From Eledone cirrhosa (lineage: Eukaryota), in the NCBI GenBank assembly GCA_964016885.1, contig OZ024764.1:16120001-16184000 (forward strand): a stretch of 64,000 nucleotides of DNA. The letters are read 5' to 3'. The notes beneath the pieces were generated by a model. It had not been told where the DNA came from, made no database searches, and saw only the letters and a program-made list of their open reading frames with translations. The translations under genes were made by a program, and so were the position numbers. Below are positions 51,215 to 63,962 of the stretch, piece after piece (position 1 is the first letter of the stretch; every line of letters begins with the position of its first letter).

Positions 51215-51793
51215 CTGTTTTGACAGCTCAACTTTAACCCCTTTCTCATTTCTGGGACATATTCCTGTTTTGACAGCTAAATTTAACCCTTTTTTCATTT
51301 CTGGGACATGGTTCCGTTTTGACAGCTAAACGTTAACCCTTCTCCCACTTCTGGGCCATGGTCCCGTTTTGACAGCTAAACGTTAACCCTTCTCCCACTT
51401 CTGGGCCATGGTCCCATTTTGACAGCTAAACTTTAACCCTTCTCCCACTTCTGGGCCATGGTCCCGTTTTGACAGCTAAACGTTAACCCTTCTCCCACTT
51501 CTGGGCCATGGTCCCGTTTTGACAGCTAAACGTTAACCCTTCTCCCACTTCTGGGCCATGGTCCCGTTTTGACAGCTAAACGTTAACCCTTCTCCCACTT
51601 CTGGGACATGGTCCCGTTTTGACAGCTAAACGTTAACCCTTCTCCCACTTCTGGGCCATGGTCCCGTTTTGACAGCTAAACGTTAACCCTTCTCCCACTT
51701 CTGGGCCATGGTCCCATTTTGACAGCTAAACTTTAACCCTTCTCCCACTTCTGGGCCATGGTCCCGTTTTGACAGCTAAACGTTAACCCTTCT
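51215..51793 (+). repeat. 50-bp minisatellite, ~11 copies
   Basis: Unit gacagctaaacgttaacccttctcccacttctgggccatggtcccgtttt. Confidence 0.93.
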
Positions 51794-52299
51794 TATCCCT
51801 GAGACTTCCATGGTTGTTGTTCTAACAAATTTACTTCATGTCTCTCCCTCATGGCTATAATCTTAAACCAGTTTATACATAGTATAATTATATTAGAGAG
51901 TTGGGGCCCTATGGCTGAGCTGTTGCTATTTCGACATAGCAAGAGCTCACCTGTCGAACTCTGACTCTTTAATATATACCTCCCTCCCTTATTCTCCAGG
52001 CATCTTCCCCACCTCACCCAAGTCCCCAACCCACAAAATGTGGTTGGCGTTGGGAAGGGCATCCAGCCAAAGTCAGTTCTGTGCGAGTGAAACCTGATCC
52101 TTTGCCTTGGATCTCTCACAACAGGAGCTCATCCCACTGCCCAGCTCAGGCATACCGACCCTCCACACCATTATGTATATATATAACTTTGACTTTCATC
52201 CTTACGGTGTCGATAAAATAAAGTACCAGTAATACACTGGTATAATTGCTGTCCGTGTGCCAGAAGTAGAAACATTATTGTATATATAGATATATATTC

Positions 52300-52985
52300 T
52301 AGATAGTTTCTGCTACCTGGGTGATCTAATTAGCAGTGGAAGAGGCTGTTCTGAGAGAATAGTTGCTAGAATAATGATTGAATGGAAGAAGTTTAGGGAA
52401 CTGCTACCCCTGTATATATAGATATATATTCTAGATAGTTTCTGCTACCTGGGTGATCTAATTAACAGTGGAAGAGGCTGTTCTGAGAGAATATTTGCTA
52501 GAATAACGATTGAATGGAAGAAGTTTAGGGAACTGCTACCCCTGCTAACAGCAAAATGTTTCTCCCTACGAACAAAAGGTCAGCTGTATGACGCCTGCAT
52601 GGGAAGTACAATATTGCATGGTAGAGAAACATGGGAAGTGAATGCAGAGGATATGTGAAGGCTGGAGAGAAATGAAGAGAGCATGCTTTGATGGATGAAC
52701 TGTGGGAGAAACTGGGTTTAAGAATAGTCGTAAATAGTGTGCAAGAGAGAAGGCTGCAGAGATATGGGCCTGTAATGCACATGGATGATGACCGCTGGGT
52801 GCAGAAGTCCCAGGAAATCCCAGTGGAAGGAAGCTGCTGTAGTAGAAGAGCAAGGAAGACCTGGGCAGGGGTGATAAGAACTGATTTCAAAATGCTGAGA
52901 CTCGCAGAGATGATGATGAAGGGAAGGAATATAATAGTAGACAGATGCTGCGCTGTAGAGGAGCCGTCCAGCCCATGCAAGTCAG
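52300..52985 (+). mobile_element. Decayed RTE LINE fragment with an internal ~135-bp direct duplication
   Basis: DSFCYLGD-encoding segment occurs twice (about 52300 and 52430); QERRLQRYGPVMHMDDDRW. Confidence 0.75.
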
Positions 52986-53853
52986 TTTGAGCACTTGGTT
53001 ATAATTTATCCATTTACGTATCTACTAATCATGTTAATCAATATAGCAGTTGAGGGTACCGGTTATTACCACTTTCATCTTTGATCAATGGTGAAACACA
53101 TGGCACAGATGAATAGAGTATGTACAAGATGTTGAATTTATAATTCGTTTCTGCTTATTATTATTATTATTATTAGACGATACGAAGAGCGCGATGCGAT
53201 TGCAATGGATGTTTTATTGGTTGAACGATATTTTGATAGCTAGTCTGTCTTCAGGAAATATAATAAAAAAAACATAACCATAAGTTGTTTAACCCTTTAA
53301 CATTTAAACCGACCGTATCTGGCCAGAATCCTCTCTCCTCTTTCTGTTCAAACTGCTGTAACCGGCAGCTCATACTGATGTTAAGGTATTGTCCTCAAAA
53401 TAAATAATTGTTTTTACTTTTGGCCCAAGGCCAGCAATTATCTGAGTGTATTACTGGTACTTTATTTTATCGACCCTGTAAGGATAGAAATAAATGTTTC
53501 TACATTTGGCACAAGACCAGCAATTATCCCAGTGTATTACTGGTACTTTATTTTATCGACCCCGTAAGGCAAAGTTAACCTTGGCGGGATTTGAACTCAG
53601 ACCATAAAGGGACGTAACTCTTTGCTGCAAAGCATGGCGTCCGACCCTCTACCGATACTGCCAATCCATCAAAATCTCATAGATTCGATATTATGTGAGA
53701 TAAAGTGTTTACCGTGAAAATACATTAGTAAATATAGAGTTATGTAAATGTTATGTGAGTGAAAGGTACTGTGTGGCCAATTCTGACCAGACTTCGCTCT
53801 CAACGTGGACAACCCATCTGACCCATGGTAAAATGGACGTTAAACGATGATGA

Positions 53854-53888
<35 letters not shown>

Positions 53889-54042
53889 AACATGTAAGAC
53901 AGAATAAAGGAGTGACAAAAGAGCTTTGACAATAAATAAACAACCATCTGGTTATTGAACCAGCCAACCAGAAATTTATAATAAATTGAAGTGAAAACCA
54001 ACAGGTGCCTGCATTTATTGGTAGCATGACCCTACCAAAGTA

Positions 54043-54081
<39 letters not shown>

Positions 54082-54844
54082 GAGGGGGCTTCAAAACGTT
54101 TGTGGAAAAAGTACATAGCTAAAAATCATGCAGGAAGTTTGATCTCAAGGCTAGCCTTGTCATATTCTGAGTCATGCTGAATCTGTCTGTGGAATGCTCA
54201 GCCACTTGCGCATCAATTTTATGAGCAGGCTGTTGATGAAATTGGTGATCAGATCAACTGGAACATTCATCGTTGTAACTGACAGAGTGCCATCATCATC
54301 ATAGGTCCGCTTTTCCCAGCTTACAAGGGTGAGACGGGTCCTATTCAGCGCAGCATCTTTCCACTTGTCACGGTCCTTCGTCATCTCCTCGGTGAGCTTC
54401 AGCAATCTGAGGTTAGCTATCACCACCACCGCCCATGTTTTACGTGGTCTACCTCTACTGCGTCTTCCTTGTGTTTGTCGCGTGGAGAGTGCCCGGTTTC
54501 AAATCTGAGGTGCCGCTATGAGAAGGGTTCAGTGTGGCCAACTGGCCTGTCCCTCCTCATCGTGGTATCATTGGTCCCTTTGCTTAGTGGTGCCATCCAA
54601 CGCCAGGCTGCTAAACTGTGGTGCCACACATGTCCTTCCTCATAGTGGTGTTACCCATTGCCGAGCAGCTAAACCATGGCTACTCTGTGAGATGGGTTAG
54701 GCTTCTCGTATTGGTGCCTTCCAATACCGGGCTCCAAAACTATGGTTCCCACTCTGTGATGGGTTGGGCCCTGAAAAACATGGTTCTGTTGTGAGACAGT
54801 TTTTGGCGCGGCCAACTGGCTTGTCCTTCCACACTGTAAACGCG

Positions 54845-55310
54845 TATCTAGAATAAGGACGAGTTGGAAGAAGTTTAGGGATCTGTTCCTCTGCTGATGA
54901 AGAAGGGTTTCTCCCTGCATATGAAAGGCCGCTTATATGATGCCTGTGTGAGGGGCGCGATGCTGCATGGTAGTGAGACATGGGCAGCAACTGCAGAGGA
55001 TATGCGACAGCTAGAGAGAAACTGTGTATAAGAGGGATATGATTGTAGTGTGCAGGAGAGAAGACTGAGATGTGCATGGAGGATGACCACTGGGTAAAGA
55101 AGTGCCAAGAAATCCCAGTCGAAGGAAGACGTAGTAGAAGATGACCACGAAAAACATGGGCGGAGGTGGTGAGAGCTGACCTCAGATAGCTGAAGTTCAC
55201 CGAGGAGATGGCAAAGGACCGTGACAAGTGGAGAGATGCTGTGCTGAATAGGACCTGTCCCACCCTTGCAAGAAGGGGAAAACAGACGTAAAATGTTGAT
55301 GATGATGATG
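54845..55310 (+). mobile_element. RTE LINE 3' fragment with internal deletions (inverted partner fragment at about 54290-54470)
   Basis: Collinear with 30900-31712 but lacking the segment between gagagaaa microhomologies; (GAT)n tail. Confidence 0.8.
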
Positions 55311-56227
55311 AAACATTCACACACATTATAGCAAATGGAACGCCAACTGCTGTTTTGTTATTATTTTCTCACCAGCCCCTTCCTTTTACACACCATACAC
55401 ACTCACACACACACAGTGTGATGGACGGACAGAAATCGCTCAATTTTATATATAGATCAACAAGTCTGGTGAGCTATCGATTCATTTCCAAAACTATGCC
55501 CAATCACTAGCAATCGTATCTTGAATTGATTGATTGTGAAACTTTGGTCATGGGTATAAAAGTTATGTAGATACTTCGGTCCTGCTTCTTTTATATATAC
55601 AGTTGTATATATTTGCAGGGGTTATGTTACCAGAGCACCCACAAAGAGTAAAAAAGCGTGAATATTGGACTTGCTCCATGAAATGCCTATAAACATGAAA
55701 ACATAACGTAAAATATAGGCTGGCAAATACAGTATGTTGTTATTAATAATTTAGAGATAAAATATCGCGGAAGATATTTACAATTCCGTGAATATGCGGA
55801 GGTTTCCACAAACAATTATTTGTTGGGTTCTAAGGAAAATTCCGCGAATAACCTGGACCGTGAATGCCAAGGGCACACTGTATATATTCATTAACAATAA
55901 CATCTGTATAGTTGGTGATTTATATGGTAAACACACCCAGTACACGCTGTAAAGTGGTGGAGATAGGAAGGGCATCCAGTCGTTGAAAGCTTGCCAAATG
56001 AGGGGTTAGCGGGAATCTTTCATTTGTTTTCGAAAATCACGACAACTTCACCTCTGCACTTGATAATCACTGTACATATGTGGGATACAGACCTCTCTGA
56101 CCTGAGAGGTCAGTAGCCTCGCTTCAGTACTGACTTGATCTATGTAGACCTGTCCAACCCTTGCTAGCAGGGAAAGTGGATGTTAAATGGTGATAATGAT
56201 GCTATATATCGTATTATTGTGTGCCAG

Positions 56228-56234
56228 TACTAAC
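56228..56234 (+). promoter_or_regulatory. Consensus branch-point sequence TACTAAC
   Basis: Perfect U2-complementary heptamer about 25 nt upstream of the 56258 acceptor. Confidence 0.75.
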
Positions 56235-56258
56235 AAGAGGAAAACTCTTGATTTTCAG

Positions 56259-56318
56259 ACATCGAAGAAGTCGGAGTTCCAGTAGAAGTCGCAGTAACAG
56301 CCCTGTAAAGCACCGAAG
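56259..56318 (+). CDS. RBM39: RBM39 RS-domain exon (60 nt, phase 2 to 2)
   Basis: TACTAAC branch point, acceptor attttcag, reads (R)HRRSRSSSRSRSNSPVKHR, donor AAG|gtaggt. Phase-compatible with 20558-20601; RS dipeptides are expected at this position in RBM39. Confidence 0.87.
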
Positions 56319-56418
56319 GTAGGTCATCTTGGCTTAGAGTTCCTTTGTCTCATGAGAACATGTAGAGGTGAATACAGCTGGCTTACTTGTAACAACATGT
56401 ATATATATACATATATAC

Positions 56419-57654
56419 AAATTTTTTTTACTTCCGTTGTCACTCTTGTCTTCATAAAAACAGTGACTATATTTCCGTTATTTATTTTCAGAATAATTGA
56501 TTATGAATAATTCTGAACCTCCAAATTTGTGGAAGAGGCACGGAGTTCTTCTTGGAATCCACGCCGGGAGGATAAATAAGGAAATTTCAGACTTTCTCAG
56601 CGTCAGCAGGAGAATGGTGGGAAAGGTCAGAAAGGAATTGGAAGATTCAGGATTCGACTACGAAGCAACATCAGAGAGGAAAACATGATCGACGATCTGA
56701 CGCCTTCAGAACTCCCGAGTTCATCGCTGAAGTTCAGGATATCATCATCAATGAACCTAGCAAGGCAATGCGTGCCATTGCAAGGGAGAAAGGCGTGGAT
56801 GAAAAGCTCATTAGGCTGGTGGTACATGAAGACATTCACTACGTTTCATACAAGATGAGGAAAGGGCAATTTCTGTCAAAGGCGATGCAAGAAAAGCAAC
56901 TGAAGCACGCAAAGAAGCTGATCAACAAGTTGAAACACCCACTGGAGCCAGACATGCTGTGGTTTTTCTCCGACGAGAAAAACTTCTGCCAAGACCAGAA
57001 GATCAACTCCCAGAACAACAGGTGGCTTGCTGTCTCATCCAAAGACGTGCCGAGTGTCATACAGACAAAGTTTCCAGCAACAACATTGGTCTTAGGTGTT
57101 GTCAGCAGTCAAGGTGACGTCATGCCACCTCACTTCTTCCCTGAGGGCCTCAAGCTGAACACCGATGGTTACATCCGCGTTCTGAGAAAGGTAGTAAAGA
57201 CCTGGATCGACCAGGTAGGCCGTACGTGTGGCAGCAGGACTCAGCGCCCTGCCATACCAGCCGAAAGACCCAAGCCTGGCTGTCAGAGAACTTCGTCGAC
57301 CACACTTCACCTGACATCTGGCCTCCCAGCTCGCCTGACTGCAACCCCCTCGACTTCTTTGTGTGGGGGCGCAGTGGAACGAGACACCAACAGATCTAGC
57401 TGCAATACGAAAGACGATCTGAAGGCCAGGATCACAAGTGCCTTTAGGGGCCTAAGTCGGGGGACAGTGACGAAGGCCTGTAGCCGGTTCCGAGGCCGTC
57501 ATTAAAGTCAATGGCGGGTCTATCGAGTGAGATCGAAAGAACAAGTCATGAAGACAAACTGACCCAAGGTTGATAAATATATCTTAAAAAATAAAACTAC
57601 TGTCTTATTTTTTCCTAGACAGTAATCTTGTGAACAGATATCGTCCGCACCCTG
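56419..57654 (+). mobile_element. Tc1/mariner DD37D (maT-type) transposon, disrupted
   Basis: WFFSDEKNF; after a frameshift near 57215, WQQDSAPCH..WPPSSPDCNPLDFFVWG with 37 residues between the last two Asp; stop at 56686; 3' end caccctg|TA; 5' TIR not seen. Confidence 0.9.
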
Positions 57655-57700
57655 TATATATAGTTTAGGGATTGTAATGTCACGTCACTTGGTTCACACA

Positions 57701-57785
57701 AGTCTGATGAGCTTTTGATTAAAGACAAGCCTGGTTGATGGAGATCAAACCTTGAGCTGATCAATTGTGAAACATGTGTCACAAC
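57701..57785 (+). ncRNA. Hammerhead-like motif with long loop 2 (family B)
   Basis: GT-CTGATGA-GCTTTTGATT..GATCAATTGT-GAAAC ATGT GTC-AC; paralogues at 38247-38331 (+, core CCGACGA) and about 11044-11130 (-, decayed core). Confidence 0.45.
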
Positions 57786-58059
57786 ACCCGAATAAACATA
57801 ATGAAACTTCCATGCTTTGCAGCATAGTTATGGCCCTTTACGTTCTGAGTTCAAATACTGCCGAGGTTAGCTTTACCTTTCATCTTTACGGGGTTGATAA
57901 AATAATAAAGCACCAGTAATGCGCTGGGGTAATTGCAGGCCTTGTGCCTAAAGTAGAATCTATAATTATTGTTGTAATATATATATGTATATATATATGT
58001 GTGTGTGTGTGTGTATACACCATGTTGCTCTTCAGCGCTACTGGTAACATGTTATCTAG

Positions 58060-58550
58060 TAGAAACTGTGTATGGTCGGGTCGCCAGTAATTAAACTGGC
58101 AACATCACATCACTAAGCTTGCGTGGTGAGGTGGGGGATTTTGGACACTTTGTGGGATGAAAAACTAAACCCGTGAAAGGGCAGAGGAACTCAGGGAGAG
58201 TCAACGGCCATCCAATAAAGTGTTGTTTTTTTTTTTTGTGGAACAAGATACTCCTAGTGTTCGTTAAGACATCTCTCTAGGAGGAGGTCACTCTGATATA
58301 AAACCTGCGACTTTGTTTACATCCAATGATGTAGACCAGTTCTTCTTATTGAGTAAATGATTTCAATGTTCAGAGAGTGGGATTGGCCCCGTGCAAAGCC
58401 TTTCCTCACTTAAAAGAATCTTCAAGCACAGGCACCGCTTGATATATGACATTTTTTTAGATGTAGGGCATTGCTGGCCATAGGCAAGAAACATACGTGG
58501 TGCTCAGGCTGAAGTATCAAGCGATGGCAAAATCGAGTTGCAGCCATCAT
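58060..58550 (+). repeat. Dispersed repeat of unknown class (second copy about 17995-18310)
   Basis: Shared ctcctagt..ttaagacatctctctag..catccaatgatgtagaccagttcttc..gattggcccc..aagtatcaag segments. Confidence 0.7.
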
Positions 58551-58729
58551 CATATATATATATATCATCATCATCATCATCGTTCATTGTCCATCTTCCA
58601 CGCCAGCATGGGTTAGATGGTTTTGTTCCATTTGGTGCGGGAATGGTCGGGAGTCCATGTCTCGCTCGTACGGAACTGTCTCTGAAAGATTTTTTACAGC
58701 TGGATGCCCTTCCTAACACCAACTACACT

Positions 58730-59250
58730 TACAGTGTGGGCTGGGAGCCTTTTTACTGTCTCCTACACAACCACCTGACCTGACAGTGTGGACTGGGAGC
58801 CTTTTTACTGTCTCCTACACAACCACCTGACCTGACAGTGTGGACTGGGAGCCTTTTTACTGTCTCCTACACAACCACCTGATCTGACAGTGTGGACTGG
58901 GAACCTTTTTACTGTCTCCTACACAACCACCTGATCTGACAGTGTGGACTGGGAACCTTTTTCCTGTCTCCTACACAACCACCTGACCTGACAGTGTGGA
59001 CTGGGAGCCTTTTTCCTGTCTCCTACACAACCACCTGACCTGACAGTGTGGACTGGGAGCCTTTTTACTGTCTCCTACACAACCACCTGACCTGACAGTG
59101 TGGACTGGGAGCCTTTTTACTGTCTCCTACACAACCACCTGACCTGACAGTGTGGACTGGGAGCCTTTTTACTGTCTCCTACACAACCACCTGACCTGAC
59201 AGTGTGGACTGGGAGCCTTTTTACTGTCTCCTACACAACCACCTGACAGT
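58730..59250 (+). repeat. 52-bp minisatellite, ~10 copies
   Basis: Unit gacagtgtggactgggagcctttttactgtctcctacacaaccacctgacct. Confidence 0.92.
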
Positions 59251-59368
59251 GAGGAGGGAATGGGAGGATGGGGTAGGGTGTGGGGGGGGGGGGGGGGGGG
59301 TATATTGGGTTAAGAGGTGCCTACTGACTAGGTTTGTGTGCAAGGCAAGGCGAGTCTTCTGTACAACT

Positions 59369-59436
59369 TTCATCTGATGAGTGTACCGGACATTTCTGTT
59401 AAGATCATCTAATTTCCTGAAACCTTTGGTAATGGA
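59369..59436 (+). ncRNA. Hammerhead-like motif (family D)
   Basis: TTCAT-CTGATGA..GAA-ACC TTT GGT-A-ATGGA; stems I and III pair, stem II is unclear. The 3' half recurs in the 33777-33898 palindrome. Confidence 0.45.
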
Positions 59437-59469
59437 ATAATTATATTGTGTTGTTTATTGTGAAATAAA

Positions 59470-59519
<50 letters not shown>

Positions 59520-59824
59520 GCAGACGTAAAATCGATGATGATGATGATATATATTCTGGGTTGTGACTGTTTTACCAATGGAAGGACCACTGGGATCATT
59601 GCCCCCTTGGTCCGATTTGATGAGTTCCGCTCCACTCAGTAAGTCTGGGATCTTGTTGATTATGGTAAAAACTTAATCAAGATTATGAATCTCTTCATCA
59701 GTATGTTTAAGTCCTCACTAAAATACATATCTCGCGCTCTATCAAAATCCTAGTGTCTACCCTTTGGGGAAAAAATTTATATAAATATTTTCCATGTGAT
59801 GTAAATTATAAAGAATTAAGTTAT

Positions 59825-60263
59825 GTATTCAACTACTCTATATATATATTCAACTACTGTATATATATATTCAACTACTGTATATATATATTCAGCTACT
59901 GTATATATATATTCAGCTACTGTATATATATATTCAACTACTGTATATATATATTCAGCTACTGTATATATATTCTACTACTCTATATATATTCAACTAT
60001 TGTGTACATATTCAACTACTCTATATATATATTCAACTACTGTATATATATATTCAACTACTGTATATATATATTCAGCTACTGTATATATATATTCAGC
60101 TACTGTATATATATATTCAACTACTGTATATATATATTCAGCTACTGTATATATATTCTACTACTCTATATATATTCAACTATTGTGTACATATTCAACT
60201 ACTGTATATATATATTCAGCTACTCTATATATATTCTACTACTCTATATATATTCAACTACTG
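59825..60263 (+). repeat. ~21-bp AT-rich minisatellite
   Basis: Unit tattca(a/g)ctactgtatatata with higher-order duplication. Confidence 0.9.
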
Positions 60264-61030
60264 TGATTTCAATCATTAGACTGTGGCCATATTGGGGTAA
60301 CCCCCTCACCCCATTGGTATGTTTCCATTGTAAAAGTCGTCACTAGCAGTTCCCATACAACAAATTAACATTCCTAAATTAACTTTGTAACATTTCTGTT
60401 CAGCTTACTATGAACATGATCATTTTTGTAAAGTGGTCATGTAGGTGTCAACAAAAAGTACCCAGTCCACACTGTAAAGTGGTCATGTAGGTGTCACAAC
60501 AAAAAGTACCCAGTCCACACTGTAAAGTGGTCATGTAGGTGTCATGACAAACAACACCCAGTCCACACTGTAAAGTGGTCATATAGGTGTCACAACAAAA
60601 AGTACCCAGTCCACTCTGTATATGTGAGAACATTGGTATAAGCAGCCTGTTACAGCTGGTTTGAACAGAAAGAAATGAGAGAATTCTGGCTGGATATGGC
60701 TGGCTTAAATGTTAAAGAGTTAAGTAGATGTCTCATATTTTAATGACTGTCATATCTGAAATAATCTGGTCGAAGGATTAACTTATAATTCGTTAATGTG
60801 CTGACTAAGACTTAACTAACCCTCCTTCTTTCCTTCCTTCCTCTTAATCCTTCTTTTGTGTGTCTGTGTTTATATACAGAGAGAGAGAAAGAGAGATAGA
60901 TAGTTTGTATATGTAAGTGTGTGTATATATAGTTTGTATATATACTCTTTTACCTGTTCCAGCCATAGCTCGTATATGTATATATATATTTATTTATATA
61001 TATTTGTGTGTGTGTATATATATATATTTG

Positions 61031-61061
<31 letters not shown>

Positions 61062-62302
61062 GTTTGTTTGTATATATATAGACATTCATAGCTTTTCTTT
61101 GGTACAACACTCTTATACACACGTTAATTTGGCTACACACACATATGTAAATATATACATACACACACACACACACACACACAGAGAAAGATTTACTGTG
61201 TATACATGATTTCATAAATCACTTATCCACACACATATGTACACACACCATATCTTGTACACCCAACCATCTTATCACAGCCCACAACATCAACAACATG
61301 TTGCTAAAAGAGATATTTTGACAAAGTGGTGTTAAAATCTCTCTGTTGTATTAATTTTGTCTGGCAATGAAAGAAATATGACCTTTGATTTAAGAGACCA
61401 GTAGGTACCCCATGTGGGGCACCTACTGGTCTAGAGCTTTCTCTCTTTGGATTTCTTTACTTATATATATGTTGGGGGTGATGGTCATATATTGGATTTT
61501 AATATATATTTATATATATATATATATATATATAAATATATATATAGGCACCTCTTAACAAAAATACACCCCCGTCCCACTATCCCCACCCCATCCACAC
61601 CACCCCTTTCTATGTAAAGTTATGTTGGTGCCACAACATCCAGTCCGAAATAAATGAGGTCATGTAGGTGTCATGAAAAAAACACAGTCCACGCTGTAAT
61701 GTGGCCGTGTAGGTAACACGGTTAAAACCTCCCAGTCCACACTGTAAACGTGGTTGGTGTTGGGAAGGGCACCCAGCCGTAGAAAACCTGCCAGACAGTC
61801 CTATACAAGCAAGACAACCAATCTTGCCTCAAGTGGGAAAATTCCCGTCCAAGCCCATGCAAGCGTGGAAGATGGACGTTAAACGATGATGATGATGAGA
61901 TATATATATATATATATATATTCATTAAAATAACAGATTAAAGTTTAAGCAAACAATCACCGCTTTCACCCTTAACGGGATCTTCTGAAGCTATTTGCTC
62001 TACGGTTCTTATATATTTGATATATATTTATCTTTATCAAGCCCTCTTTGTATTTTAGTCTTCATATTTATTATTATTACTGTACACAAAAGACACACAT
62101 CCTCTGCTCGTGTGTCCAGCAGACATATAAGTTCCTGAAAGGGTCGCCCAGGCGTCGTGTTTACTGGAGTAAAGTGCTATCCATGTGTCAATTAGCGAAA
62201 TCAGGATTCACACATCCCCCACGGTATTGAGGTCGTAACATCAGTCTCTATATTAATGTTATTATATATATACACATATATTATAATATATAATAGACAT
62301 AT

Positions 62303-62490
62303 GGCGGTGGATTGGCAGTATCGGTAGAGGGTCGGACGCCATGCTTTCCAGCATAGTTACGTCCCTTTACGATCTGAGTTCAAATCCCGCCGAGGTTAAC
62401 TTTGCCTTTCATCCTTACGGGGTCGATAAAATAAAGTACCAGTAATGCACTAAGTAATTGCTGGCCTTGTGCCTAAAGTAGAAACAATTA
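62303..62490 (+). mobile_element. tRNA-derived SINE family 1 (other copies or fragments at 1-50, 28414-28510, 38388-38580, 48140-48260, 52185-52280, 53410-53670, 57810-57965)
   Basis: A-box-like TGGCAGTATCGG, B-box-like GAGTTCAAATCC, conserved body ttgcctttcatccttacggggtcgataaaataaagtaccag, AT-rich tail. Confidence 0.8.
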
Positions 62491-62497
62491 TATATAT

Positions 62498-62539
<42 letters not shown>

Positions 62540-63029
62540 GTAGAACACTGGAAGGTAATATCCTTAGTGGTAGAGCACTCAGTCCATGGGACGAGTTAGG
62601 TAGAAGTGGTTACACAACAGTTAGTTCACCAGGGTGAACTAACTGTTGTGTAACCACTTCTATATATATATAATAATAATAATAATTCAACGGCAAGATA
62701 TTGTCAAGACAAATGTATCGACAATGGTTGGTTTAAATAACACATAAGATCAAGATGGTGTAGGACAGAATAAAGGAGAGACATAAAATAAGAAATCAGT
62801 TGCTGAGGAGGTCACTGAATGTGTGACAAAACAGCTTTGTTAATATATAAACAACCATCTGGTTATTGAACCAACCAACTGGAAACTGATGATAAACAGG
62901 TGCATGTGTTTTTATTGGCAGCATGACCCTCCCAAAGTATAACTATATATGTATATTGGGGGAGATAGTCACATATTGGATTTATATATATATATGTATA
63001 TTGGGGGAGATGGTCACATTGGATTTCAA

Positions 63030-63060
<31 letters not shown>

Positions 63061-63279
63061 AGAGAGAGAGAGACAGGGAGATTGTGGTCACCCGGTCGGA
63101 CTTCATTCATAATGTGACAACCCAGCTAACCTATAGGCATGTGTGGAAAAATAGACATCAAACAATGATAACGACATGGATATATATATATATATACATC
63201 ATTACCATATTTCTAATGAAAGACACATCATCATCATCATCATCATCGACGTAAAACGGTGATGATGATGATGATGATG

Positions 63280-63840
63280 ATGTGTCTTTCATTAGAAATA
63301 TGGTAATGAAAGGGTTAATGACATAGACAGTGTCTTTCATTAGAAATATGGTAATGAACGGGTTAATGACATAGACAGTGTCTTTCATTAGAAATATGGT
63401 AATGAAAGGGTTAATGACATAGACAGTGTCTTTCATTAGAAATATGGTAATGAAAGGGTTAATGACATAGACAGTGTCTTTCATTGGAAATATGGTAATG
63501 AAAGGGTTAATGACATAGGCAGTGTCTTTCATTAGATATATGGTAATGAAAGGATTAATGACATAGACAGTGTCTTTCATTGGAAATATGGTAATGAAAG
63601 GGTTAATGACATAGACTGTGTCTTTCATTAGAAATATGGTAATGAAAGGGTTAATGACATAGACTGTGTCTTTCATTGGAAATATGGTAATGAAAGCGCC
63701 AATGACATGGGGTGTTTTTGTCTGGTAATGAAACGATTAATGACATAGACTGTGTCTTTCGTTAGAAATATGGTAATGAAAGGGGTTAATAACATGGGCT
63801 GTGTGTTTCATGAGAAATATGATAATAAAAAGGGTTAATG
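63280..63840 (-). repeat. 48-bp minisatellite, ~11 copies, degenerating toward 63840
   Basis: Same unit as 49340-50860. Confidence 0.9.
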
Positions 63841-63910
63841 ACAACCCCACAACCCCCAACCACCCTAACTATGAAAACTTGATATAAGCAATTTGTTTTT
63901 TTCATTGCAG

Positions 63911-63962
63911 AGTTTCATCTGTGACATGCTTAGCTCATGCCAGCAAAACACATATAGCGAAG
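63911..63962 (+). other. Candidate 52-nt cassette exon of RBM39 (frameshifting if alternative)
   Basis: atttgtttttttcattgcag|AGTTTC...GCGAAG|gtatga; not a multiple of 3; peptide RVSSVTCLAHASKTHIAK is not RS-like. Confidence 0.5.
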
